64,000 nucleotides of DNA. Source: Auanema rhodensis (taxonomy: Eukaryota > Animalia > Nematoda). A program made the translations under genes and the position numbers. The notes beneath the pieces are model-generated. The model did not search any database, was not told where the DNA came from, and saw only the letters and a list, made by a program, of their open reading frames with translations. Positions within the stretch are counted from its first letter, which is position 1. The number at the start of each line of letters is the position of its first letter. Shown piece by piece: positions 11,448 through 24,800 of this stretch. The stretch covers positions 2,480,001-2,544,000 of the forward strand of contig OZ059896.1 of NCBI GenBank assembly GCA_964057225.1. Direction: 5' to 3'.

Positions 11448-14400
11448 AACTTCAAACTCATGGTTACCATACACCAATATCAATAAAAATTTGTTTTTAG
11501 ACTAATATGGACATGGGGAATCTAATTTTGAAAACCGCATCTCTTTATCTTTCACGTGAAGCGAGTTACATACCAAGTGCACATCACGTGTACATTTAAT
11601 TAGCATAAATTAAAGTTCACGTAAATTTCAAACTCATGGTTACCATGCACCAATATCAATAAAAATTTGTTTTTAGACTAATATGGACATGGAGAATCTA
11701 ATTTTAAAAACCGCATCTCTTTATCTTTCACGTGAAGCGAGTTACATACCAAGTGCACATCACGTGTACATTTAATTAGCATAAATTAAAGTTCACGTAA
11801 ACTTCAAACTCATGGTTACCATACACCAATATCAATAAAAATTTGTTTTCAGACTAATATGGACATGGAAAATCTAATTTTGAAAACCGCATCTCTTTAT
11901 CTTTCACGTGAAGCGAGTTACATACCAAGTGCACATCACGTGTACATTTAATTAGCATAAATTAAAGTTCACGTAAATTTCAAAGTCATGGTTACCATGC
12001 ACCAATATCAATAAAATTTTGTTTTTAGACTAATATGGACATGGGGAATCTAATTTTGAAAACCGCATCTTTTTATCTTTCACGTGAAGCGAGTTACATA
12101 CCAAGTGCACATCACGTGTACATTTAATTAGCATAAATTAAAGTTCACGTAAATTTCAAAGTCATGGTTACCATGCATCAATATCAATGAAAATTTGTTT
12201 TTAGACTAATATGGAAATGGGGAATCTAATTTTGAAAATCGCATCTCTTTATCTTTCACGTGAAGCGAGTTACATACCAAGTGCACATCACGTGTACATT
12301 TAATTAGCATAAATTAAAGTTCACGTAAATTTCAAAGTCATGGTTACCATGAACCAATATCAGTAAAAATTTGTTTTTAGACTAATATGGACATGGGGAA
12401 TCTAATTTTGAAAACCGCATCTCTTTATCTTTCACGTGAAGCGAGTTACATACCAAGTGCACATCACGTGTACATTTAATTAGCATAAATTAAAGTTCAC
12501 GTAAATTTCAAAATCATGGTTACCATGAACCAATATCAATAAAAATTTGTTTTTAGACTAATATGGACATGGGGAATCTAATTTTGAAAACCGCATCTCT
12601 TTATCTTTCACGTGAAGCGAGTTACATTCCAGGTGCACATCACGTGTACATTTAATTAGCATAAATTAAAGTTCACGTAAATTTCAAAGTCATGGTTACC
12701 ATGAACCAATATCAATAAAAATTTGTTTTTAGACTAATATGGACTTGGGGAATCTAATTTTGAAAACCGCATCTCTTTATCTTTCACGTGAAGCGAGTTA
12801 CATACCAAGTGCACATCACGTGTACATTTAATTAGCATAAATTAAAGTTCACGTAAATTTCAAAGTCATGGTTACCATGAACCAATATCAATAAAAATTT
12901 GTTTTTAGACTAATATGGACATGGGGAATCTAATTTTGAAAACCGCATTTCTTTATATTTCACGTGAAGCGAGTTACATACCAAGTGCACATCACGTGTA
13001 CATTTAATTAGCATAAATTAAAGTTCACGTAAATTTCAAAGTCATGGTTACCATGAACCAATATCAATAAAAATTTGTTTTTAGACTAATATGGACATGG
13101 GGAATCTAATTTTGAAAACCGCATCTCTTTATCTTTCACGTGAAGCGAGTTACATACCTAGTGCACATCACGTGTACATTTAATTAGCATAAATTAAAGT
13201 TCACGTAAATTTCAAAGTCATGGTTACCATGAACCAATATCAATAAAAATTTGTTTTTAGACTAATATGGACATGGGGAATCTAATTTTGAAAACCGCAT
13301 CTCTTTATCTTTCACGTGAAGCGAGTTACATACCAAGTGCACATCACGTGTACATTTAATTAGCATAAATTAAAGTTCACGTAAATTTCAAAGTCATGGT
13401 TACCATGCACCAATATCAATAAAAATTTGTTTTTAGACTAATATGGACATGGGGAATCTAATTTTGAAAACCGCATCTCTTTATCTTTCACGTGAAGCGA
13501 GTTACATACCTAGTGCACATCACGTGTACATTTAATTAGCATAAATTAAAGTTCACGTAAATTTCAAAGTCATGGTTACCATGAACCAATATCAATAAAA
13601 ATTTGTTTTTAGACTAATATGGACATGGGGAATCTAATTTTGAAAACCGCATCTCTTTATCTTTCACGTGAAGCGAGTTACATACCAAGTGCACATCACG
13701 TGTACATTTAATTAGCATAAATTAAAGTTCACGTAAATTTCAAAGTCATGGTTACCATGCACCAATATCAATAAAAATTTGTTTTTAGACTAATATGGAC
13801 ATGGGGAATCTAATTTTGAAAACCGCATCTCTTTATCTTTCACGTGAAGCGAGTTACATACCAAGTGCACATCACGTGTACATTTAATTAGCATAAATTA
13901 AAGTTCACGTAAATTTCAAAGTCATGGTTACCATGAACCAATATCAATAAAAATTTGTTTTTAGACTAATATGGACATGGGGAATCTAATTTTGAAAACC
14001 GCATCTCTTTATCTTTCACGTGAAGCGAGTTACATACCAAGTGCACATCACGTGTACATTTAATTAGCATAAATTAAAGTTCACGTAAATTTCAAAGTCA
14101 TGGTTACCATGCACCAATATCAATAAAAATTTGTTTTTAGACTAATATGGACATGGGGAATCCAATTTTGAAAACCGCATCTCTTTTTCTTTCACGTGAA
14201 GCGAGTTACATACCAAGTGCACATCACGTGTACATTCAATTAGCATAAATTAAAGTTCACGTAAATTTCAAAGTCATGGTTAGCATGAACCAATATCAAT
14301 AAAAATTTGTTTTTAGACTAATATGGACATGGGGAATCTAATTTTGAAAACCGCATCTCTTTATCTTTCACGTGAAGCGAGTTACATACCTAGTGCACAT

Positions 14401-15135
14401 CACGTGTACATTTAATTAGCATAAATTAAAGTTCACGTAAATTTCAAAGTCATGGTTACCATGAACCAATATCAATAAAAATTTGTTTTTAGACTAATAT
14501 GGACATGGGGAATCTAATTTTGAAAACCGCATCTCTTTATCTTTCACGTGAAGCGAGTTACATACCAAGTGCACATCACGTGTACATTTAATTAGCATAA
14601 ATTAAAGTTCACGTAAATTTCAAAGTCATGGTTACCATGCACCAATATCAATAAAAATTTGTTTTTAGACTAATATGGACATGGGGAATCTAATTTTGAA
14701 AACCGCATCTCTTTATCTTTCACGTGAAGCGAGTTACATACCAAGTGCACATCACGTGTACATTTAATTAGCATAAATTAAAGTTCACGTAAATTTCAAA
14801 GTCATGGTTACCATGCACCAATATCAATAAAAATTTGTTTTTAGACTAATATGGACATGGGGAATCTAACTTTGAAAACCGCATCTCTTTATCTTTCACG
14901 TGAAGCGAGTTACATACCAAGTGCACATCACGTGTACATTTAATTAGCATAAATTAAAGTTCACGTAAATTTCAAAGTCATGGTTACCATGAACCAATAT
15001 CAATAAAAATTTGTTTTTAGACTAATATGGACATGGGGAATCTAATTTTGAAAACCGCATCTCTTTATCTATCACGTGAAGCGAGTTACATACCAAGTGC
15101 ACATCACGTGTACATTTAATTAGCATAAATTAAAG

Positions 15136-18100
15136 TTCACGTAAATTTCAAAGTCATGGTTACCATGCACCAATATCAATAAAAATTCGTTTTTAGACTA
15201 ATATGGACATGGGGAATCTAATTTCGAAAACCGTATCTCTTTATCTTTCACGTGAAGCGAGTTACATACCAAGTGCACATCACGTGTACATTCAATTAGC
15301 ATAAATTAAAGTTCACGTAAATTTCAAAGTCATGGTTAGCATGAACCAATATCAATAAAAATTTGTTTTTAGACTAATATGGACATGGGGAATCTAATTT
15401 TGAAAACCGCATCTTTTTATCTTTCACGTGAAGCGAGTTACATTCCAGGTGCACATCACGTGTACATTTATTTAGCATAAATTAAAGTTCACGTAAATTT
15501 CAAAGTCATGGTTACCATGAACCAATATCAATAAAAATTTGTTTTTAGACTAATATGGACATGGGGAATCTCATTTTGCAAACCGCATCTCTTTATCTTT
15601 CACGTGAGGCGAGTTACATACCAAGTACACATCACGTGTACATTTAATTAGCATAAATTAAAGTTCACGTAAATTTCAAAGTCATGGTTACCATGAACCA
15701 ATATCAATAAAAATTTGTTTTTAGACTAATATGGACATGGGGAATCTAATTTTGAAAACCGCATCTCTTTATCTTTCACGTGAAGCGAGTTACATACCAA
15801 GTGCACATCACGTGTACATTTAATTAGCATAAATTAAAGTTCACGTAAATTTCAAAGTCATGGTTACCATGCACCAATATCAATAAAAATTTGTTTTTAG
15901 ACTAATATGGACATGGTGAATCTAATTTTGAAAACCGCATCTCTTTATCTTTCACGTGAAGCGAGTTACATACCAAGTGCACATCACGTGTACATTTAAT
16001 TAGAATAAATTAAAGTTCACGTAAATTTCAAAGTCATGATTACGATGAACCAATATCAATAAAAATTTGTTTTTAGACTAATATGGACATGGAGAATCTA
16101 ATTTTAAAAACCGCATCTCTTTATCTTTCACGTGAAGCGAGTTACATACCTAGTGCACATCACGTGTACATTTAATTAGCATGAATTAAAGTTCACGTAA
16201 ATTTCAAAGTCATGGTTACCATGAACCAATATCAATGAAAATTTGTTTTTAGACTAATATGGACATGGGGAATCTAATTTTGAAAACCGCATCTCTTTAT
16301 CTTTCACGTGAAGCGAGTTACATACCAAGTGCACATCACGTGTACATTTAATTAGCATAAATTAAAGTTCACGTAAATTTCAAAGTCATGGTTACCATGC
16401 ACCAATATCAATAAAAATTTGTTTTTAGACTAATATGGACATGGGGAATCTAATTTTGAAAACCGCATCTCTTTATCTTTCACGTGAAGCGAGTTACATA
16501 CCAAGTGCACATCACGTGTACATTTAATTAGCATAAATTAAAGTTCACGTAAATTTCAAAGTCATGGTTACCATGAACCAATATCAATAAAAATTTGTTT
16601 TTAGACTAATATGGACATGGGGAATCTAATTTTGAAAACCGCATCTCTTTATCTTTCACGTGAAGCGAGTTACATACCAAGTGCACATCACGTGTACATT
16701 TAATTAGCATAAATTAAAGTTCACGTAAATTTCAAAGTCATGGTTACCATGCACCAATATCAATAAAAATTCGTTTTTAGACTAATATGGACATGGGGAA
16801 TCTAATTTCGAAAACCGCATCTCTTTATCTTTCACGTGAAGCGAGTTACATACCAAGTGCACATCACGTGTACATTCAATTAGCATAAATTAAAGTTCAC
16901 GTTAATTTCAAAGTCATGGTTAGCATGAACCAATATCAATAAAAATTTGTTTTTAGACTAATATGGACATGGGGAATCTAATTTTGAAAACCGCATCTCT
17001 TTATCTTTCACGTGAAGCGAGTTACATTCCAGGTGCACATCACGTGTACATTTATTTAGCATAAATTAAAGTTCTCGTAAATTTCAAAGTCATGGTTACC
17101 ATGAATCAATATCAATAAAAATTTGTTTTTAGACTAATATGGACATGGGGAATCTAATTTTGCAAACCGCATCTCTTTATCTTTCACGTGAGGCGAGTTA
17201 CATACCAAGTGCACATCACGTGTACATTTAATTAGCATAAATTAAAGTTCACGTAAATTTCAAAGTCATGGTTACCATGAACCAATATCAATAAAAATTT
17301 GTTTTTAGACTACTATGGACATGGGGAATCTAATTTTGAAAACCGCATCTCTTTATCTTTCACGTGAAGCGAGTTACATACCAAGGGCACATCACGTGTA
17401 CATTTAATTAGCATAAATTAAAGTTCACGTAAATTTCAAAGTCATGGTTACCATGAACCAATATCAATAAAAATTTGTTTTTAGACTAATATGGACATGG
17501 GGAATCTAATTTTGAAAACCGCATCTCTTTATATTTCACGTGAAGCGAGTTACATACCAAGTGCACATCACGTGTACATTTAATTAGCATAAATTAAAGT
17601 TCACGTAAATTTCAAAGTCATGGTTACCATGCACCAATATCAATAAAAATTTGTTTTTAGACTAATATGGACATGGTGAATCTAATTTTGAAAACCGCAT
17701 CTCTTTATCTTTCACGTGAAGCGAGTTACATACCAAGTGCACATCACGTGTACATTTAATTAGAATAAATTAAAGTTCACGTAAATTTCAAAGTCATGAT
17801 TACCATGAACCAATATCAATAAAAATTTGTTTTTAGACTAATATGGACATGGGGAATCTAATTTTGAAAACCGCATCTCTTTATCTTTCACGTGAAGCGA
17901 GTTACATACCAAGTGCACATCACGTGTACATTTAATTAGCATAAATTAAAGTTCACGTAAATTTCAAAGTCATGGTTACCATGCACCAATATCAATAAAA
18001 ATTTGTTTTTAGACTAATATGGACATGGGGAATCTAATTTTGAAAACCGCATCTCTTTATCTTTCACGTGAAGCGAGTTACATACCAAGTGCACATCACG

Positions 18101-18830
18101 TGTACATTTAATTAGCATAAATTAAAGTTCACGTAAATTTCAAAGTCATGGTTACCATGAACCAATATCAATAAAAATTTGTTTTTAGACTAATATGGAC
18201 ATGGGGAATCTAATTTTGAAAACCGCATCTCTTTATCTTTCACGTGAAGCGAGTTACATACCAAGTGCACATCACGTGTACATTTAATTAGCATAAATTA
18301 AAGTTCACGTAAATTTCAAAGTCATGGTTACCATGCACCAATATCAATAAAAATTTGTTTTTAGACTAATATGGACATGGGGAATCTAATTTCGAAAACC
18401 GCATCTCTTTATCTTTCACGTGAAGCGAGTTACATACCAAGTGCACATCACGTGTACATTCAATTAGCATAAATTAAAGTTCACGTAAATTTCAAAGTCA
18501 TGGTTAGCATGAACCAATATCAATAAAAATTTGTTTGAGACTAATATGGACATGGGGAATCTAATTTTGAAAACCGCATCTCTTTATCTTTCACGTGAAG
18601 CGAGTTACATTCCAGGTGCACATCACGTGTACATTTATTTAGCATAAATTAAAGTTCACGTAAATTTCAAAGTCATGGTTACCATGAACCAATATCAATA
18701 AAAATTTGTTTTTAGACTAATATGGACATGGGGAATCTAATTTTGCAAACCGCATCTCTTTATCTTTCACGTGAAGCGAGTCACATACCAAGTGCACATC
18801 ACGTGTACATTCAATTAGCATAAATTAAAG
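15136..18830. repeat. 9-mer-periodic block (1584 bp) in the 176-bp array, three occurrences of a marker cassette
   Basis: The GGTTAGCATG variant has TAGC at 15337, 16921 and 18505 (1584 = 9x176). Each is preceded by TACATTCAATT and followed by CATTCCAGG, ATTTATTTAGC and TTTGCAAACC. Confidence 0.85.
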
Positions 18831-21800
18831 TTCACGTAAATTTCAAAGTCATGGTTACCATGCACCAATATCAATAAAAATTTGTTTTTAGACTAATATG
18901 AACATGGGGAATATAATTTTGAAAACCGCATCTCTTTATCTTCCACGTGAAGCGAGTTACATACCAAGTGCACATCACGTGTACATTTAATTAGCATAAA
19001 TTAAAGTTCACGTAATTTTCAAAGTCATGGTTACCATGAACCAATATCAATAAAAATTTGTTTTTAGACTAATATGGACATGGGGAATCTAATTTTGAGA
19101 ACCGCATCTATTTATCTTTCACGCGAAGCGAGTTACATACCAAGTGCACATCACGTGTACATTTAATTAGCATAAAGTAAAGTTCACGTAAATTTCAAAG
19201 TCATGGTTACCATGAACCAATATCAATAAAAATTTGTTTTTAGACTCATATGGACATGGGGAATCTAATTTTGAAAACCGCATCTCTTTATCTTTCACGT
19301 GAGGCGAGTTACATACCAAGTGCACATCACGTGTACATTTAATTAGCATAAGTTAAAGTTCACGTAAATTTCAAAGTCATGGTTACCATGCACCAATATC
19401 AATAAAAATTTGTTTTTAGACTAATATGGACATGGGGAATCTAATTTTGAAAACCGCATCTCTTTATCTTTCACGTGAGGCGAGTTACATACCAAGTGCA
19501 CATCACGTGTACATTTAATTAGCATAAGTTAAAGTTCACGTAAATTTCAAAGTCATGGTTAGCATGAACCAATATCAATAAAAATTTGTTTGAGACTAAT
19601 ATGGACATGGGGAATCTAATTTTGAAAACCGCATCTCTTTATCTTTCACGTGAAGCGAGTTACATTCCAGGTGCACATCACGTGTACATTTAATTAGCAT
19701 AAGTTAAAGTTCACTTAAATTTCAAAGTCATGGTTACCATGCATCAATATCAATAAAATTTTGTTTTTAGACTAATATGGAGATGGGGAATCTAATTTTG
19801 AAAACCGCATCTCTTTATCTTTCACGTGAAGCGAGTTACATACCAAGTGCACATCACGTGTACATTTAATTAGCATAAATTAAAGTTCACGTAAATTTCA
19901 AACTCATGGTTACCATGCACCAATATCAATAAAAATTTGTTTTTAGACTAATATGGACATGGGGAATCTAATTTTGAAAAACGCATCTCTTTATCTTTCA
20001 CGTGAAGCGAGTTACATACCAAGTGCACATCACGTGTACATTTAATTAGCATAAATTAAAGTTCACGTAAATTTCAAAGTCATGGTTACCATGCACCAAT
20101 ATCAATAAAATTTTGTTTTTAGATTAATATGGACATGGGGAATCTAATTTTGAAAACCGCATCTCTTTATCTTTCACGTGAAGCGAGTTACATACCAAGT
20201 GCACATCACGTGTACATTTAATTAGCATAAATTAAAGTTCACGTAAATTTCAAACTCATGGTTACCATGAACCAATATCAATAAAAATTTGTTTTTAGAC
20301 TAATATGGACATGGAGAATCTAATTATGAAAACCGCATCTCTTTATCTTTCACGTGAAGCGAGTTACATACCAAGTGCACATCACGTGTACATTTAATTA
20401 GCATAAATTAAAGTTCACGTAAATTTCAAAGTCATGGTTACCATGCACCAATATCAATAAAATTTTGTTTTTAGACTAATATGGATATGGGGAATCTAAT
20501 TTTGAAAACCGCATCTCTTTATTTTTCACGTGAAGCGAGTTACATACCAAGTGCACATCACGTGTACATTTAATTAGCATAAATTAAAGTTCACGTAAAT
20601 TTCAAACTCATGGTTACCATGCACCAATATCAATAAAAATTTGTTTTTAGACTAATATGGACATGAGAAATCTAATTTTGAAAACCGCATCTCTTTATCT
20701 TCCACGTGAAGCGAGTTACATACCAAGTGCACATCACGTGTACATTTAATTAGCATAAATTAAAGTTCACGTAAATTTCAAACTCATGGTTACCATGAAC
20801 CAATATCAATAAAAATTTGTTTTTAGACTAATATGGACATGGAGAATCTAATTATGAAAACCGCATCTCTTTATCTTTCACGTGAAGCGAGTTACATACC
20901 AAGTGCACATCACGTGTACATTTAATTAGCATAAATTAAAGTTCACGTAAATTTCAAAGTCATGGTTACCATGCACCAATATCAATAAAATTTTGTTTTT
21001 AGACTAATATGGATATGGGGAATCTAATTTTGAAAACCGCATCTCTTTATTTTTCACGTGAAGCGAGTTACATACCAAGTGCACATCACGTGTACATTCA
21101 ATTAGCATAAATTAAAGTTCACGTAAATTTCAAAGTCATGGTTACCATGCACCAATATCAATAAAAATTTGTTTTTAGACTAATATGAACATGGGGAATC
21201 TAATTTTGAAAACCGCATCTCTTTATCTTCCACGTGAAGCGAGTTACATACCAAGTGCACATCACGTGTACATTTAATTAGCATAAATTAAAGTTCACGT
21301 AATTTTCAAAGTCATGGTTACCATGAACCAATATCAATAAAAATTTGTTTTTAGACTAATATGGACATGGGGAATCTAATTTTGAGAACCGCATCTATTT
21401 ATCTTTCACGCGAAGCGAGTTACATACCAAGTGCACATCACGTGTACATTTAATTAGCATAAAGTAAAGTTCACGTAAATTTCAAAGTCATGGTTACCAT
21501 GAACCAATATCAATAAAAATTTGTTTTTAGACTCATATGGACATGGGGAATCTAATTTTGAAAACCGCATCTTTTTATCTTTCACGTGAGGCGAGTTACA
21601 TACCAAGTGCACATCACGTGTACATTTAATTAGCATAAGTTAAAGTTCACGTAAATTTCAAAGTCATGGTTACCATGCACCAATATCAATAAAAATTTGT
21701 TTTTAGACTAATATGGACATGGGGAATCTAATTTTGAAAACCGCATCTCTTTATCTTTCACGTGAAGCGAGTTACATACCAAGTGCACATCACGTGTACA

Positions 21801-24800
21801 TTTAATTAGCATAAATTAAAGTTCACTTAAATTTCAAAGTCATGGTTACCATGCATCAATATCAATAAAATTTTGTTTTTAGACTAATATGGAGATGGGG
21901 AATCTAATTTTGAAAACCGCATCTCTTTATCTTTCACGTGAAGCGAGTTACATACCAAGTGCACATCACGTGTACATTTAATTAGCATAAATTAAAGTTC
22001 ACGTAAATTTCAAACTCATGGTTACCATGCACCAATATCAATAAAAATTTGTTTTTAGACTAATATGGACATGGGGAATCTAATTTTGAAAAACGCATCT
22101 CTTTATCTTTCACGTGAAGCGAGTTACATACCAAGTGCACATTACGTGTACATTTAATTAGCATAAATTAAAGTTCACGTAAATTTCAAAGTCATGGTTA
22201 CCATGCACCAATATCAATAAAATTTTGTTTTTAGATTAATATGGACATGGGGAATCTAATTTTGAAAACCGCATCTCTTTATCTTTCACGTGAAGCGAGT
22301 TACATACCAAGTGCACATCACGTGTACATTTAATTAGCATAAATTAAAGTTCACGTAAATTTCAAACTCATGGTTACCATGAACCAATATCAATAAAAAT
22401 TTGTTTTTAGACTAATATGGACATGGAGAATCTAATTATGAAAACCGCATCTCTTTATCTTTCACGTGAAGCGAGTTACATACCAAGTGCACATTACGTG
22501 TACATTTAATTAGCATAAATTAAAGTTCACGTAAATTTCAAAGTCATGGTTACCATGCACCAATATCAATAAAATTTTGTTTTTAGATTAATATGGACAT
22601 GGGGAATCTAATTTTGAAAACCGCATCTCTTTATCTTTCACGTGAAGCGAGTTACATACCAAGTGCACATCACGTGTACATTTAATTAGCATAAATTAAA
22701 GTTCACGTAAATTTCAAACTCATGGTTACCATGAACCAATATCAATAAAAATTTGTTTTTAGACTAATATGGACATGGAGAATCTAATTATGAAAACCGC
22801 ATCTCTTTATCTTTCACGTGAAGCGAGTTACATACCAAGTGCACATCACGTGTACATTTAATTAGCATAAATTAAAGTTCACGTAAATTTCAAAGTCATG
22901 GTTACCATGCACCAATATCAATAAAATTTTGTTTTTAGACTAATATGGATATGGGGAATCTAATTTTGAAAACCGCATCTCTTTATTTTTCACGTGAAGC
23001 GAGTTACATACCAAGTGCACATCACGTGTACATTTAATTAGCATAAATTAAAGTTCACGTAAATTTCAAACTCATGGTTACCATGCACCAATATCAATAA
23101 AAATTTGTTTTTAGACTAATATGGACATGAGAAATCTAATTTTGAAAACCGCATCTCTTTATCTTCCACGTGAAGCGAGTTACATACCAAGTGCACATCA
23201 CGTGTACATTTAATTAGCATAAATTAAAGTTCACGTAAATTTCAAAGTCATGGTTACCATGCACCAATATCAATAAAATTTTGTTTTTGGACTAATATGG
23301 ATATGGGGAATCTAATTTTGAAAACCGCATCTCTTTATTTTTCACGTGAAGCGAGTTACATACCAAGTGCACATCACGTGTACATTTAATTAGCATAAAT
23401 TAAAGTTCACGTAAATTTCAAACTCATGGTTACCATGCACCAATATCAATAAAAATTTGTTTTTAGACTAATATGGACATGAGGAATCTAATTTTGAAAA
23501 CCGCATCTCTTTATCTTCCACGTGAAGCGAGTTACATACCAAGTGCACATCACGTGTACATTTAATTAGCATAAATTAAAGTTCACGTAATTTTCAAAGT
23601 CATGGTTACCATGAACCAATATCAATAAAAATTTGTTTTTAGACTAATATGGACATGGGGAATCTAATTTTGAAAACCGCATCTATTTATCTTTCACGCG
23701 AAGCGAGTTACATACCAAGTGCACATCACGTGTACATTTAATTAGCATAAAGTAAAGTTCACGTAAATTTCAAAGTCATGGTTACCATGAACCAATATCA
23801 ATAAAAATTTGTTTTTAGACTCATATGGACATGGGGAATCTAATTTTGAAAACCGCATCTCTTTATCTTTCACGTGAGGCGAGTTACATACCAAGTGCAC
23901 ATCACGTGTACATTTAATTAGCATAAGTTAAAGTTCACGTAAATTTCAAAGTCATGGTTACCATGCACCAATATCAATAAAAATTTGTTTTTAGACTAAT
24001 ATGGACATGGGGAATCTAATTTTGAAAACCGCATCTCTTTATCTTTCACGTGAAGCGAGTTACATACCAAGTGCACATCACGTGTACATTTAATTAGCAT
24101 AAATTAAAGTTCACGTAAATTTCAAACTCATGGTTACCATGCACCAATATCAATAAAAATTTGTTTTTAGACTAATATGGACATGGAGAATCTAATTTTG
24201 AAAACCGCATCTCTTTATCTTTCACGTGAAGCGAGTTACATACCAAGTGCACATCACGTGTACATTTAATTAGCATAAATTAAAGTTCACGTAAATTTCA
24301 AAGTCATGGTTACCATGCACCAATATCAATAAAATTTTGTTTTTAGACTAATATGGACATGGGGAATCTAATTTTGAAAACCGCATCTCTTTATCTTTCA
24401 CGTGAAGCGAGTTACATACCAAGTGCACATCACGTGTACATTTAATTAGCATAAATTAAAGTTCACGTAAATTTCAAACTCATGGTTACCATGCACCAAT
24501 ATCAATAAAAATTTGTTTTTAGACTAATATGGACATGGAGAATCTAATTTTGAAAACCGCATCTCTTTATCTTTCACGTGAAGCGAGTTACATACCAAGT
24601 GCACATCACGTGTACATTTAATTAGCATAAATTAAAGTTCACGTAAATTTCAAACTCATGGTTACCATGCACCAATATCAATAAAAATTTGTTTTTAGAC
24701 TAATATGGACATGGAGAATCTAATTTTGAAAACCGCATCTCTTTATCTTTCACGTGAAGCGAGTTACATACCAAGTGCACATCACGTGTACATTTAATTA

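Noticed and set aside
11407-11530. Budding-yeast point centromere (CDEI-CDEII-CDEIII)
   Set aside because: ATCACGTG fits CDEI, but the following DNA is not a >90% AT CDEII, there is no CCGAA-type CDEIII, and the unit is tandemly repeated hundreds of times.
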